Positions 18,378 to 29,081 of a stretch of DNA of 64,000 nt are shown here, one piece after another. The stretch lies in assembly GCA_045546315.1 (NCBI GenBank), contig JAZQCN010000091.1, forward strand, positions 98,035 through 162,034. Direction: 5' to 3'. Position 1 is the first letter of the stretch, and each line of letters begins with the position of its first letter. The position numbers and the translations under genes are program-made. Source of the stretch: Clostridia bacterium. Lineage in GTDB: Bacteria > Bacillota > Clostridia > UBA1381 > UMGS1253. The notes under the pieces were generated by a model, which did no database searches, was not told where the DNA came from, and worked only from the letters and a program-made list of their open reading frames with translations.

Positions 18378-19568
18378 TTATCCTTTCAGCGCCTCCGTTA
18401 AAATAATATGCGCAAGCGCTTCCTTTGCCATATTGTCCGGCGTAAGCTTTTCGCCGTTTCTCTTCAAAATCGTGACCGTATTTGTATCACAGCCAAAGCC
18501 TGCACCCGGCTCGGTTAAGCTGTTGGCTACCATCATGTCACAGTTTTTCTTCTCAAGCTTCTTTTGTGCGTTTACAAGCAAATCCTGCGTTTCCATGCAA
18601 AAGCCCACGAGCACCTGACCGGCAGGCTTATTTTCGCCGAGCTTTGCCAGAATATCCGGGTTTCGCTTTAAGGTAATCGTCATATCTGCGTCACTTTTTT
18701 TGATTTTATGCGCGCTGACGGTCTCCGGCGCGTAATCCGCAACGGCTGCCGCCTTAACGATAATGTCGCTCTCCTTTGCTCTGGCAAGCACTGCATCACA
18801 CATCTCCTGCGCGCTCTCCACCTTTACGGTTTCTACGCCGCGCAAATCGGGCAATGCGCTTTTGCCGCGCACGAGCACAACCTCTGCACCGCGCTGCTTT
18901 GCCGCACGCGCGATCGCAAAGCCCATTTTCCCGGAGGAATGGTTTGTAATAAAACGCACCGGGTCAATCGCTTCCGCCGTTGCCCCTGCCGTAACCAGCA
19001 CGCGCTTGCCTGCCAAATCCTTCGGATATGCAATGGCATCGACCACCGCCTCAACGATTTCCTCCGGCTCTGCCATACGGCCTACGCCAACATCGCCACA
19101 TGCCAAAAAGCCCTCACCGGCGCGCACAAAGCTGCAGCCGCCATCAGAGAGCTTCTTCATATTTTCCACCGTGACCGGATGGGTATACATATTTTTGTTC
19201 ATTGCCGGCGCAATCAGCACCGGTGCTTTCGTTGCAAGGTAGGTCGTCAAAAGCATATTATCGGCAATGCCGTATGCCATTTTTGCAATCGTATTTGCCG
19301 TTGCGGGCGCAACTAAGAAAAGGTCTGCCTTTTGCGCAAGGGAAACATGCTCTACCTCCCAGCGCTCCGGCGTACCGAACATATCTAATGCGACCGGATT
19401 TTGCGACATAGTGCGGAAGGTCAGCTCACCGACAAATTCCTTTGCGCTCTCCGTTAAAATCACATGCACGGTTGCGCCGAGCTTTTTGAGTCGGCTGACC
19501 ACTTCCACAACCTTGTATGCGGCGATACCGCCGCACACGCCTACAACAACACACTTGCCTTTTAACAT
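18378..19568 (-). CDS. coaBC: Bifunctional phosphopantothenoylcysteine decarboxylase/phosphopantothenate--cysteine ligase
   Basis: 396 aa. N-terminal flavoprotein domain (VGVCGGIAAYK) plus a C-terminal DFP/CoaB domain. Confidence 0.93.
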   Translation of the reverse strand: MLKGKCVVVGVCGGIAAYKVVEVVSRLKKLGATVHVILTESAKEFVGELTFRTMSQNPVALDMFGTPERWEVEHVSLAQKADLFLVAPATANTIAKMAYGIADNMLLTTYLATKAPVLIAPAMNKNMYTHPVTVENMKKLSDGGCSFVRAGEGFLACGDVGVGRMAEPEEIVEAVVDAIAYPKDLAGKRVLVTAGATAEAIDPVRFITNHSSGKMGFAIARAAKQRGAEVVLVRGKSALPDLRGVETVKVESAQEMCDAVLARAKESDIIVKAAAVADYAPETVSAHKIKKSDADMTITLKRNPDILAKLGENKPAGQVLVGFCMETQDLLVNAQKKLEKKNCDMMVANSLTEPGAGFGCDTNTVTILKRNGEKLTPDNMAKEALAHIILTEALKG

Positions 19569-19593
19569 AGATTTCCCGCCCTTCTACGGAAAA

Positions 19594-19809
19594 TTATTTA
19601 TCGCCGAGTACAGCGTTCAGGCTCGGAACAGCCTTCACCTTGCCGCTCTCGATTTCGCCGATAGCTTCTAAAATCGCTTCGTCGTACTTGCCGGCAAAGG
19701 ACCCCTCCTGCTGCATACCGAGCTGACGCGCTCTGCGCGCTGTCAGTACTGCAAGTGAGTATCTTGTGCCTGTCTTTTCTACGAGTTTTGAAATTGCCGG
19801 ATAAATCAT
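19594..19809 (-). CDS. rpoZ: DNA-directed RNA polymerase subunit omega
   Basis: 71 aa containing RYSLAVLTARRARQL. ATGA overlap with the gmk stop. Confidence 0.85.
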   Translation of the reverse strand: MIYPAISKLVEKTGTRYSLAVLTARRARQLGMQQEGSFAGKYDEAILEAIGEIESGKVKAVPSLNAVLGDK

Positions 19810-20417
19810 TTTTTACACACCTCTTCAATAAATTCAAGATTTCTTTCCGTTCTGCAGCGCTCGGCATCCATAATACCGCTGAAGCGCTCGACGGCTTTTT
19901 CTATATCGTCATTTAACAAAATATAGTTGTACTTCTGAATGTGGCCGAATTCCCAGGCTGCGGTTTTCAGCCTTTCCTCCACGACCGCAGCAGGCTCTGT
20001 GCCGCGCCCGATTAAGCGCGCACGCAGCTCCTTCATCGATGGCGGCAAAACAAATATGTACACGCCCTCCGGATGCTCAGCGCGCACCTTCATTGCGCCC
20101 TGCACCTCGATTTCCAAAATCACATTGATGCCGGCTGCGAGCTTTTCTTCGACAAACGCCTTCGGCGTGCCGTAGTAATTGCCGCAAAATGCCGCATGCT
20201 CAAGCATCTGCCCGGTGCGGATTCTTTCTTCAAATTCCGCTTCGCTGAGGAAAAAATAGTGTACGCCTTCCTCCTCACCCGGACGCGGCGCTCTCGAGGT
20301 TGCCGATACCGACATAACCACATCGTCTCTCTTTTCCAAAAGCGCCTTGCAAATCGTTCCTTTTCCGGCGCCGGACGGCCCGGATACAACATAAAGTATA
20401 CCACGGTTACTGCTCAT
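19806..20417 (-). CDS. gmk: Guanylate kinase
   Basis: Start set at ATG 20417 ([21 protein letters not shown]), preceded by AGGAGG. It overlaps the remA 3' end by 11 nt. Confidence 0.93.
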   Translation of the reverse strand: MSSNRGILYVVSGPSGAGKGTICKALLEKRDDVVMSVSATSRAPRPGEEEGVHYFFLSEAEFEERIRTGQMLEHAAFCGNYYGTPKAFVEEKLAAGINVILEIEVQGAMKVRAEHPEGVYIFVLPPSMKELRARLIGRGTEPAAVVEERLKTAAWEFGHIQKYNYILLNDDIEKAVERFSGIMDAERCRTERNLEFIEEVCKK

Positions 20418-20676
20418 CTTCATCCTCCTGTGCTTGTACCATATCCGCATCCATACGGTTGGCGACCGTTTCGGGTGCCAATGCCGAAAGCACGATATGG
20501 CCGCTGTCCATTACCAATACCGCCCGCGTGCGTCTGCCGTAGGCGGCATCAATCAGGTTGCCCTGCTCGCGCGCCTCCTGCACCATACGCTTGACCGGTG
20601 CAGAGCCGGGGCTGACAATTGCAATCAGCCTTTCCGCTGCGACAATATTTCCGAAACCGATATTAATCAGCTTCAT
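20407..20676 (-). CDS. remA: RemA/YlzA (DUF370) regulator
   Basis: 89 aa beginning [30 protein letters not shown]...RRTRAV. Conserved position upstream of gmk. Confidence 0.85.
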   Translation of the reverse strand: MKLINIGFGNIVAAERLIAIVSPGSAPVKRMVQEAREQGNLIDAAYGRRTRAVLVMDSGHIVLSALAPETVANRMDADMVQAQEDEDEQ

Positions 20677-20687
20677 ACGCTCACCTC

Positions 20688-21566
20688 TTACTCAATGTTT
20701 TGCACCTGCTCACGAAGCTTCTCCAGCTCCGCCTTTAAGTCGACAACAATTTTTGCAATCTCAATATCGTTTGCCTTGGAGCCGATGGTGTTGATTTCGC
20801 GGTTGATTTCCTGAATTAAGAAGTCGAGCTTTCTGCCAGCCGGTTCGCCGGAGCTTAAGATGTTTTCCAGCTCGTCAAAGTGACTGCGCAGGCGAACGGT
20901 TTCCTCGTCCACCGCAATTTTGTCTGCATAAATCGCAGCCTCTGTCAAAATGCGTGCCTCGTCGATATTCGTCGACTCCAGCACCTCTTCAATGCGCGCA
21001 CGCAGCTTTGCACGGTATTCTTCCACGCACTGCGGAGAGCGCACCTCGATTTCAGCCACACGCTCAAGCATAAATGCGCTTCTCTGGCGCAAATCCGCCA
21101 GCATTCTTTCGCCTTCACGCATACGCATATCCATAAAATCGCGCATCGCCTGCGAGAGCGCATGCTCAACCAAAGACCAGATGTGTTCTGCATCCTCTTC
21201 CTTGCGCTCGGTTAAGAAAATATCCGAAAAACGCGCAACCGAGCCGACGCTGATATCGTCGCGCAGGCTGAAGGTATCACGAAGCTCACGCAAAACATCG
21301 ATATAGTTTTCCGCAAGCGGCACATTCAAGGTAATCTCCTTGTCCGCCTCGCCGAAGCTTTCCATCGCCACATAGATATCCACCTTACCGCGGTTGATAA
21401 AGCCCGATGCGTACACGCGCACCTTGTCCTCCAAATAGCCGAAATAACGCGGCACCTTAATGTTATAGTCCGCATAGCGGTGATTCACCGACTTGATTTC
21501 CACCAAGATTTTCTTGTCGCCGACTACGCCCTCAAAGCGGCCGTAGCCTGTCATACTTTTAATCAT
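20688..21566 (-). CDS. yicC: YicC-family stress-induced protein
   Basis: 292 aa beginning [10 protein letters not shown], with a C-terminal [11 protein letters not shown] motif. Confidence 0.85.
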   Translation of the reverse strand: MIKSMTGYGRFEGVVGDKKILVEIKSVNHRYADYNIKVPRYFGYLEDKVRVYASGFINRGKVDIYVAMESFGEADKEITLNVPLAENYIDVLRELRDTFSLRDDISVGSVARFSDIFLTERKEEDAEHIWSLVEHALSQAMRDFMDMRMREGERMLADLRQRSAFMLERVAEIEVRSPQCVEEYRAKLRARIEEVLESTNIDEARILTEAAIYADKIAVDEETVRLRSHFDELENILSSGEPAGRKLDFLIQEINREINTIGSKANDIEIAKIVVDLKAELEKLREQVQNIE

Positions 21567-21626
21567 TTTTCTGCTCCTGTTCTATGGTTTTTCTTCATCC
21601 TTTATTTACATAGTTCCGGATAAAAC

Positions 21627-21656
21627 AGTATACCACAAAACTGCTCTAAAAGTCAA
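21627..21656 (-). promoter_or_regulatory. Sigma-A-like promoter for yicC
   Basis: The minus strand reads TTGACT-18 nt-TGGTATACT, an extended -10. Confidence 0.45.
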
Positions 21657-21663
21657 GCCATTG

Positions 21664-23223
21664 TCACTTTGCATTCCAGGCAAAAAAGCTTGCAAAGGCA
21701 TTGCCGTAAGCCGGAATAATTTCGCCCTCAATTCTGTCGTTTACAATCACGGCATTCTGCCCAAAGCCGATGGATATAATCGGCATTTCATCCGAAAACG
21801 CATCCGCAAGCTCTAAAAACGCCGCAGCCTTGTCCGACTGCGTTACCGCTGTCTGCGCATTGGCATACAGCGTATCCATACGCGCACTGCCTGCCGAGGC
21901 AAACCGCGCACCGCTGCCGATAAACACTAAAACATCCAAATCGTCAGCGAGCAGCGTCTCGCCGATAAACATACTGTATTCTCTTTCTTCTACCCACAGA
22001 TTGTAGGTTTCAAAATCCGTTTTCTGCACCTCTGCACCGATGCCGAATGCCCGCAGCTGCTTTACAATTTCCGCCGCAGCCGCACAGCGCACCTCGTTTT
22101 CCTGATTGACTAAGATGGGAATGTAGAGCCTTTGTATACCTTCCTCCGTTTCCTTTTCCCATCGGCCGTCCGTCGCTTTTGTATACCCTGCCGCCTCTAA
22201 AATTGCTGCCGGGTCCTCCGGCGCTGTATTCTCCTCCGGCGGCAAGTTATACGCGCTGCCCGGCAAAAACGGCAGCTCGGATGCCGTCAGGCGACCGAAC
22301 ATTGCATTTTTGCTGATTTCCTCGCGGTTTAAAACAAGTGAAATCGCACGACGCACCTGCTTATCTGCCAGCGCGCCCTCGGCATTGATGCCCAGGAAGG
22401 TAAATCTTCTGTTGGTATAAGGAAATGTGACTACATTGCCCTTCGGGCTGTAAGTCCGAAGCAGCTCTGCATCGACATGCACCGCCTCGACCTCACGGTT
22501 TTCCAGCGCATACATCACATCCGCCGCACGCGGCAGCTCCTTTAAAACCACCTGCTCAATTTTGCCCTGCTGTTGTGTTACGCAGTTCGGGCTCTTTTCC
22601 AGAATATGAGCCTTGCCCGGCAGCACCGGCGCATATCGGTATGCCGATGTGCCAATCGGCACATAGTCTGCCTGCACACTTGTGCAATCCGTTCCGCGCT
22701 GAATAACCGGAAAATCCAGCTGCTCTATAAAGCAGCTGTTCGGTTCGGTCAGCTGAATTTCAAAAACAAAGTTACTTCTCGCCGTATAGTCGGCAATGCC
22801 GTACAAATAAGCTTTCAGTCTTGAGCTTTCCGCCTTTTCAATGGCAGAAAGCGTATAGGCTACATCATAGGCAGAAAACAGCTTGCCGTCGTGCCACTTC
22901 ACATCGTTGCGCAGCTGCACCGTATACACAAGCCCGTCTGCCGAAATATCGGTTTTCACTGCCAGCACCGGCGAAAGCACACCGTCTGCGCCGCGGCTGT
23001 ACAGGCTGTCATACACCAAGCGCATCGCATCAAGCACCGTATCCGACTGCGTCAGCACCGGGTTGAAGGTGTCAAAGTGCGTCAGCGGCAGGCTGACAAC
23101 GCCTGTACCGCCCTCCTTGTAGATAACGCGGTCACCGTCCCCGTCTCTGCGCGCACAGCCGCACCCGGCAAGCATTGCGGCACAAAGCATAATCAAAATT
23201 GTAAAAATAACACTCTTTTTCAT
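21664..23223 (-). CDS. ABC-transporter family-5 (peptide/nickel type) substrate-binding lipoprotein, orphan
   Basis: Start at ATG 23223 (MKKSVIFTILIMLCAAMLAGC), a signal peptide with a LAGC lipobox. ~520 aa with family-5 SBP-like composition. No permease or ATPase genes are adjacent. Confidence 0.75.
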   Translation of the reverse strand: MKKSVIFTILIMLCAAMLAGCGCARRDGDGDRVIYKEGGTGVVSLPLTHFDTFNPVLTQSDTVLDAMRLVYDSLYSRGADGVLSPVLAVKTDISADGLVYTVQLRNDVKWHDGKLFSAYDVAYTLSAIEKAESSRLKAYLYGIADYTARSNFVFEIQLTEPNSCFIEQLDFPVIQRGTDCTSVQADYVPIGTSAYRYAPVLPGKAHILEKSPNCVTQQQGKIEQVVLKELPRAADVMYALENREVEAVHVDAELLRTYSPKGNVVTFPYTNRRFTFLGINAEGALADKQVRRAISLVLNREEISKNAMFGRLTASELPFLPGSAYNLPPEENTAPEDPAAILEAAGYTKATDGRWEKETEEGIQRLYIPILVNQENEVRCAAAAEIVKQLRAFGIGAEVQKTDFETYNLWVEEREYSMFIGETLLADDLDVLVFIGSGARFASAGSARMDTLYANAQTAVTQSDKAAAFLELADAFSDEMPIISIGFGQNAVIVNDRIEGEIIPAYGNAFASFFAWNAK

Positions 23224-23284
23224 CGTTAACATCCTTAATTCAAAAGAAAATGCTCTGCATTTTCTTGCCATACCTCTTCACCAT

Positions 23285-24097
23285 TCACTCTTCACTATTC
23301 CCTTGCAGCTCCATCAGCGCGCCCATCAAGCCGATTTTCCCCTTGTGGGCACGATTGGAGAAAAACTCGTCGCAGTGGCAGCAGGTGCAAAGCTCTGCCA
23401 GCGTAATCGCGTTCTCGCGCACGCCGACCGATTTTAGCTGATCGGCAATCAGCGACCAAAGGTCAATATGATATTTTTCGCCGACCGGCTTGCGGTACGC
23501 TTCCCCGAACTGCGCAGCCACATCTTCATCCACCTCAAAATGGCACTGCCCGATGGACGGCCCGATCGCCGCAAGCACATCCTTTGGCTCTGTGCCGAAT
23601 TCTGCCTGCATTTTCAAAACCGTCTTTTTCGCAATCTCCAGCACGGTCGAGCGCCAGCCGGAGTGCACCAGGCCAAACGCCTTCTTTTTTACATCGAGCA
23701 AAAACACCGGCACACAGTCTGCGCAAAACACAACAGCAGGCACGCCGGGCGTGTTGCAGATAAAGGCATCCGTGTCGGTAATGTCGCTTTCGCGCACGAT
23801 GCCCTTGCCGCAATCCGCCGCGGTAAGCACGCGAATACCATCATGATGCTCCTGCTTAGAGAGCACAAGCCTGTCGCGCTCGATGCCGAGCGCATTGCAA
23901 AGAATGCCGAAGTTTTCATACACATTCTCGCGCGTATCCTTGCGATAAAAGCCCAAATTCAGCTCTGCCGTTTCGCCGGTGCTCACACCGCCGAGTCGCG
24001 TTGAAAACCCGTGGCGCACCATCCCTGTCTTTGTAAATGCAGGTACGGTATAATACACCAATTTTCCTTTTTTATGCCTTTCAAAACCTTTTTGCAT
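23285..24097 (-). CDS. pgeF: PgeF/YfiH (DUF152) peptidoglycan editing factor / laccase-domain protein
   Basis: 270 aa with VHSGWRS and GPSIGQCHFEV motifs. Confidence 0.85.
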   Translation of the reverse strand: MQKGFERHKKGKLVYYTVPAFTKTGMVRHGFSTRLGGVSTGETAELNLGFYRKDTRENVYENFGILCNALGIERDRLVLSKQEHHDGIRVLTAADCGKGIVRESDITDTDAFICNTPGVPAVVFCADCVPVFLLDVKKKAFGLVHSGWRSTVLEIAKKTVLKMQAEFGTEPKDVLAAIGPSIGQCHFEVDEDVAAQFGEAYRKPVGEKYHIDLWSLIADQLKSVGVRENAITLAELCTCCHCDEFFSNRAHKGKIGLMGALMELQGNSEE

Positions 24098-24106
24098 AAT
24101 GCTCTC

Positions 24107-25960
24107 CTAATGATAATACTCATATACATTTTGCGCGCTGCGCCTGTCAAGGCCTGCCGCCTGCAAATCTTCTACGCTCGCCCGCGCAACGGCATCGAGC
24201 GTTTTAAAAGCGCGCAAAAGCTGCTTTCTGCGCACCTCGCCCACGCCCGGAATTTCCGCAAGCTCCGAGCGGAAGGCATTTTGCCTGCGCACCTTTTTAT
24301 GATAGCCGATGGCGGTATTATGCGTTTCCTCGCAAATTGCGCCGATTAAGCGATATGCCGCCGAATTCTTCGGCAGCGGCACTGCGCCCTCCGCATTCAT
24401 CAGCTCTGAAAAATTATGCTTGTCATCCTTTTGCATACCGAAAATACCAAAGCTCTGTGCAAACGGCGCAAGCGCCTCGAGCACCGCATGAATATGCCCC
24501 TTACCGCCGTCAATGAGCATCAAATCCGGCAACGGCAAAAACTTTGCATCCTTTTTGGATAGTGTGCCTGCCTCAATTGCGGCAAGCTCCGCGTGTGCAC
24601 GCTGCATACGGCGGCGCACAACCTCCTGCATTGCGGCATAGTCGTTTTGCCCGTCAAAGCTCTGGATGCGGAAATTGCGCTTTGCCGCTTTGTTCACCGT
24701 TCCGTTTTCAAACACAACCATTACCCCGACCGTACCCGTACCGCCGGTGTTGGAAATGTCATAGCTTTCGATGCGGCGCGGAATTTTGGAAAGATGCGTA
24801 TACTCTGCAAGCTTTTCCAATACGCCGCGCTCCGTTTCGCGCTTTAATTCACTGATTTTATAGTCGTCAATTGCATTGTTGATGTTCTTTAAAAGCATAT
24901 GCACCAACTGCTTTTTCTCGCCGCGCACCGGCACGGCAAGGTGCACTCTTTTGCCGCGCAGCGATGATAAATACAGCTCGAGCATTTCCGCCTCGTCTGC
25001 ACTGCAGCCGAGCAAAATCTCCGGCGGCACATAGCTTGCGGTAGAGTAGTAGCGCTTTAAAAACTCCGCCATAATTTCGCCGTCCGTCAAATCACTCACG
25101 CCGTCGATGCGAAAGCTCTGCCGCCCGGTCATTCGCCCGCCGCGGATTAAAAACATCTCAAAAAACGCCTTGTCGTCATAACTGACAAAATCGGCAACAT
25201 CGCGGTCGGTTTGCGCATCGGAAATAATCTTCTGCCGCTCGTTTACGGCGTGAATTGCCGCAATCTGGTCGCGCTTTTCCGCCGCCCTTTCAAATGCCAT
25301 ATTCTCTGCCGCTGCCTGCATCTGCGCCTCAAGTGCGCGGACAATTTCGTCGCTCTTGCCGTCTAAAAACATACAAATCTGCTCAAATACCGCTCTGTAC
25401 TCCGCCTGCGTTATCTCGCCGCGGCACGGCGCAAAGCATTTTTTTATCTGATAATTCAGGCACGGCCTCCCCTTGCCGATATCCTGCGGAAAGCTTCTTT
25501 TGCAGGTCGGAATTAAAAAGATTTTTTTAATCAGCTCCACCGTCTGGCGCACCACGCCCATCCCGGAATACGGCCCATAGTAGCGCGCGCCGTCCGGCAG
25601 CATACTGCGCGTAATTGAAAGGCGCGGATAGTCCTTATTCATGGTCACTTTAATATACGGATAATGCTTATCGTCTTTTAAAAGAATATTATAATGCGGC
25701 TTGTACTTTTTAATAAGGTTGCATTCAAGCACAAGCGCCTCTAACTCCGAATCCGTGATAATATATTCAAACCAGGCAACATGGCTGACCATGGCAAGCA
25801 CCTTGGCAGAGTGGTTTTTGCTCTGCATAAAATACTGACGCACGCGGTTTTTAAGCACCTTTGCCTTGCCGACATAGATGACATTATCGTCTTTATCGTG
25901 CATCAGATATACGCCCGGCAGCTCCGGGAGCTTTTTGAGCTGCTGCTTTAAGTCAAACAC
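24107..25960 (-). CDS. uvrC: Excinuclease ABC subunit C
   Basis: GIY-YIG N-terminus (GVYLMHDKDDNVIYVGKA), a UVR domain and a C-terminal HhH. Confidence 0.95.
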   Translation of the reverse strand: MFDLKQQLKKLPELPGVYLMHDKDDNVIYVGKAKVLKNRVRQYFMQSKNHSAKVLAMVSHVAWFEYIITDSELEALVLECNLIKKYKPHYNILLKDDKHYPYIKVTMNKDYPRLSITRSMLPDGARYYGPYSGMGVVRQTVELIKKIFLIPTCKRSFPQDIGKGRPCLNYQIKKCFAPCRGEITQAEYRAVFEQICMFLDGKSDEIVRALEAQMQAAAENMAFERAAEKRDQIAAIHAVNERQKIISDAQTDRDVADFVSYDDKAFFEMFLIRGGRMTGRQSFRIDGVSDLTDGEIMAEFLKRYYSTASYVPPEILLGCSADEAEMLELYLSSLRGKRVHLAVPVRGEKKQLVHMLLKNINNAIDDYKISELKRETERGVLEKLAEYTHLSKIPRRIESYDISNTGGTGTVGVMVVFENGTVNKAAKRNFRIQSFDGQNDYAAMQEVVRRRMQRAHAELAAIEAGTLSKKDAKFLPLPDLMLIDGGKGHIHAVLEALAPFAQSFGIFGMQKDDKHNFSELMNAEGAVPLPKNSAAYRLIGAICEETHNTAIGYHKKVRRQNAFRSELAEIPGVGEVRRKQLLRAFKTLDAVARASVEDLQAAGLDRRSAQNVYEYYH

Positions 25961-26029
25961 GCCATTGCCCTCCTTTAAAATTTCTTATACATAGTATACC
26001 ATCAAACCCGTTTCTATGCAACTTTAATA

Positions 26030-26058
26030 TTGACAATACTTTTTTCGGGAATTATAAT
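26030..26058 (+). promoter_or_regulatory. Consensus sigma-A promoter for gltX
   Basis: TTGACA (26030-35), 17 nt, TATAAT (26053-58). This leaves a leader of only ~30 nt. Confidence 0.6.
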
Positions 26059-26096
26059 ATATAGAGGTATAAATACCCAAGAAAGGTTGAATAGCA

Positions 26097-27547
26097 TGGC
26101 AAACAAAATCAGAACCCGTTTTGCACCGAGCCCGACCGGCTATATGCACATCGGTAACTTAAGAACCGCACTGTATGCATGGCTGCTTGCGCGCTCGAGC
26201 GATGAGGGTACATTTATTTTAAGAATTGAGGACACCGACCAGGAACGCTATGTCGAGGGTGCGGTAGATTTGATTTACAAAACACTCGCCGACACCGGCC
26301 TTGTACACGATGAAGGTCCGGACAAGGACGGCGGCTGCGGCCCGTATATCCAGAGTGAGCGCCGCGGTATGTACAAAAAGTATGCAGAGGAGCTCGTAGA
26401 AAAGGGCGCTGCCTACTACTGCTTCTGCGACAAGGACCGCTTAGAGGAGCTGCGTGCAATTCAGACAGCATCGAAGGTGCCGCCGAAGTATGATGGGCAC
26501 TGCTCGAGACTCTCGAAAGAAGAAATCCAAGAAAAGCTTGCAAGCGGCGTGCCGTATGTTATCCGCCAGAAGATTCCGCAGGAGGGCACAACCTCGTTCC
26601 ACGATGAGGTTTTCGGTGACATCACTGTTGAAAATTCTACACTTGACGATAACATTCTTTTAAAGGCAGACGGTCTGCCGACCTACAACTTCGCAAATGT
26701 TATCGATGACCATTTAATGGGCATCACACATGTTATCCGCGGCAGCGAGTATCTTTCCTCCACGCCGAAGTACAATCTTCTCTACGAAGCCTTCGGCTGG
26801 GAAATTCCGAAATACATTCACTGCTCGCCGGTTATGAAGGATGCGCAGAAAAAGCTTTCCAAGCGTGAGGGCGACGCATCGTACGAGGACTTTATCAACA
26901 AGGGCTACTTGAAGGATGCCATCATCAACTATATTGCCCTGCTCGGCTGGAGCCCGGGTACAGAGCAGGAAATCTTTACGCTCGATGAGCTTGTAGCCGC
27001 ATTTGATGTTTCCGGCATCAGTAAGTCCCCGGCAATTTTCGATGTAAACAAGTTAAACTGGATGAATGCAGAGTACATCAGAAAGCTCACCATCGAAGAG
27101 TTTACCGAAAAGGCTATGCCGTACTACAAGCAGGCCGTAAAGCGCGATGTAGACTACAATCTGCTCTCCGCTCTCCTGCACGACCGCACGGAGAAGTTTT
27201 CCGACATTCCGGAAAATATTGACTTTATCGACACGCTTTGCGACTACGACACAGAGCTGTATGTCAACAAAAAGATGAAGACCAACGAGGAAGTATCGAA
27301 GGATGCACTCGAAAAGATTCTGCCGGTGCTGGAAGGTCTTACAGACTGGACACACGATGCAATCCACGATGCACTCTTTGCCCTCATCGAAAGCCTCGGC
27401 GTCAAGAACGGCGTGATTTTATTCCCGCTGCGCGTGGCTGTTTCCGGCAAGAAATTCACACCGGGCGGCGGCGTTGAAATCGCAGAGCTTTTAGGCAAGG
27501 AAGAAACCATCGCCAGAATTAAAAAGGGTATTGAAAAATTAGCATAA
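26097..27547 (+). CDS. gltX: Glutamate--tRNA ligase
   Basis: Start at ATG 26097 ([21 protein letters not shown]). KLSKR (KMSKS-type) motif. Confidence 0.95.
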
Positions 27548-27554
27548 TTTTAAA

Positions 27555-27586
27555 AAAAGACGGATGCAAATCCGTCTTTTACTTTT
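27555..27586 (+). terminator. Rho-independent terminator of gltX
   Basis: AAAGACGGA-TGCAAA-TCCGTCTTT followed by a T-rich tail. Confidence 0.75.
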
Positions 27587-27626
27587 GTTAAAGTCAAAAT
27601 TCTACGAAAATAAAGCAATTTTATTC

Positions 27627-27655
27627 TTGCTCTTTCTCCCTATATCCGCTATACT
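27627..27655 (+). promoter_or_regulatory. Candidate promoter of the ComB::DUF218 gene
   Basis: TTGCTC-17 nt-TATACT. Confidence 0.4.
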
Positions 27656-27688
27656 TATAGCAAAGAATTTACGCAGGAGGATATAAAG

Positions 27689-29071
27689 ATGAAAGTTGAA
27701 ATTCTACATCTGGTGGAGGGCGCGAAAAAGGCAAAGGGCTTAACCGTCATTATCGATGTATTCCGTGCCTTCAGCATGGAGGCATATATGTTTGCGGCAG
27801 GTGCCGAAAAGGTCATTCCTATCGGTGATTTGCAAATCGCCTGGGACTACAAAAAGGCGCATCCGGATGCGATTCTTTGCGGCGAGCGCGGCGGCGTAAA
27901 GGTTGAAGGCTTTGACCACGGCAATTCTCCGACACAGATTGAAGGGCTTGACTTTACCGGCAAAACGCTGATCCATACCACCAGCGCCGGCACGCAGGGC
28001 GTTGCCAATGCTTTGGGCGCAGATGAAATCATCGGCGGCAGCCTGGTAACGGCAAAAGCCATCGCAGATTATGTAAAGTATACCAAGCCGGAGCATGTTT
28101 CGCTTGTTTGTATGGGTGTGCACGGCAAAAAACAGTCTGATGAGGACACCCTTTGCGGCGAATACATCAAAAGCTTAATCGAAGGAAAGCCGCTTGAGGA
28201 TTTAGAAGAAAGAATCGAAAAGCTTAAGCTCACCAACGGTGCACAGTTCTTCAAGCCGGAGCTGCGCGATGTGTTCCCGGAGCGCGACTTTACCTTATGT
28301 ACGCGCGCAAATGCATTTCCGTTTGTCCTACGCTTAAAGCAGGACGAAAACGGCTCCCTTGCGTACATGGAGCGCATCAATATTGCAGATTTAAACAAAA
28401 ACGCGATTCCGGAGGGCATGGAAGTAACCGTACCTGAAATCCGTGAAGGCGATATGGCATCTATTCTTTCGCGCGAGCAGGCAATTTGTCTGCCGAACGA
28501 GATTAAAAAGGTACTTGTTTACGGAAATTACGAAGCGCCTAAAAACAGCTTTGATGCCGCATTGGTACTCGGCTGCAGTGCCTATGCAATGCATTCGCGC
28601 GCAAAGGCTGCGGCGGCGCTGTATCACAGCGGACAGTGCAAGCTGTTTATCACCACCGGCGGCGTGTACCACGATACCCCGTTCGGTTGCCTTTCAGAGA
28701 CGGCGGCAATCAAGCAATATATGATTAAAGAAGGTGTACCCGCCGAATGCATTTTAGAAGAGCATCTCGCAACCATCACACGCGAAAATATGTTCAACAG
28801 CAAGTCCATGCTCATCGAATATTTCGGCACACGCAGACTGAAGCTGGCAATTGTGACCTCCTATTTTCATCTGGTGCGCTCCGTAAAGCTTGCCGAGGCT
28901 TGCTTTGAAAATGCCGACATCTTCGGCGTAAAGGCAGATTTGCCGTTCGATAATCCGGAAGAGTTTCATACAGATCCGGCAATGCTTGACCGCGTAACCA
29001 CCGAAAGTCGCCTTTTGTGCCACTACGCAAAAACAGGCATCATTAAAGATTTTCCGATTCTGCACAAATAA
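27689..29071 (+). CDS. Fusion protein: N-terminal ComB-like 2-phosphosulfolactate-phosphatase-family domain plus C-terminal DUF218/YdcF-like domain
   Basis: AGGAGG RBS. N-terminal motifs IDVFRAFS, CGERGG...GFDHGNSP and HTTSAGTQG. C-terminal motifs ALVLGCS, FITTGGV, TITRENM and AIVTSYFHLVRS. One uninterrupted 460-aa frame. Confidence 0.75.
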   Translation: MKVEILHLVEGAKKAKGLTVIIDVFRAFSMEAYMFAAGAEKVIPIGDLQIAWDYKKAHPDAILCGERGGVKVEGFDHGNSPTQIEGLDFTGKTLIHTTSAGTQGVANALGADEIIGGSLVTAKAIADYVKYTKPEHVSLVCMGVHGKKQSDEDTLCGEYIKSLIEGKPLEDLEERIEKLKLTNGAQFFKPELRDVFPERDFTLCTRANAFPFVLRLKQDENGSLAYMERINIADLNKNAIPEGMEVTVPEIREGDMASILSREQAICLPNEIKKVLVYGNYEAPKNSFDAALVLGCSAYAMHSRAKAAAALYHSGQCKLFITTGGVYHDTPFGCLSETAAIKQYMIKEGVPAECILEEHLATITRENMFNSKSMLIEYFGTRRLKLAIVTSYFHLVRSVKLAEACFENADIFGVKADLPFDNPEEFHTDPAMLDRVTTESRLLCHYAKTGIIKDFPILHK

Positions 29072-29081
29072 ATAAGCATAC

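Noticed and set aside
1-25960. The 26-kb single-strand gene run as a candidate novel system.
   Set aside because: Every gene has a clear housekeeping identity. The order (dcw head; priA-def-fmt-rsmB-rlmN-stp-prkC-rsgA-rpe-thiN; coaBC-rpoZ-gmk-remA-yicC) is the widely conserved Firmicutes arrangement.
26059-26096. T-box or other leader riboswitch upstream of gltX.
   Set aside because: The predicted promoter leaves only a ~30-nt leader, far too short for a T-box. No specifier or antiterminator structure is visible.
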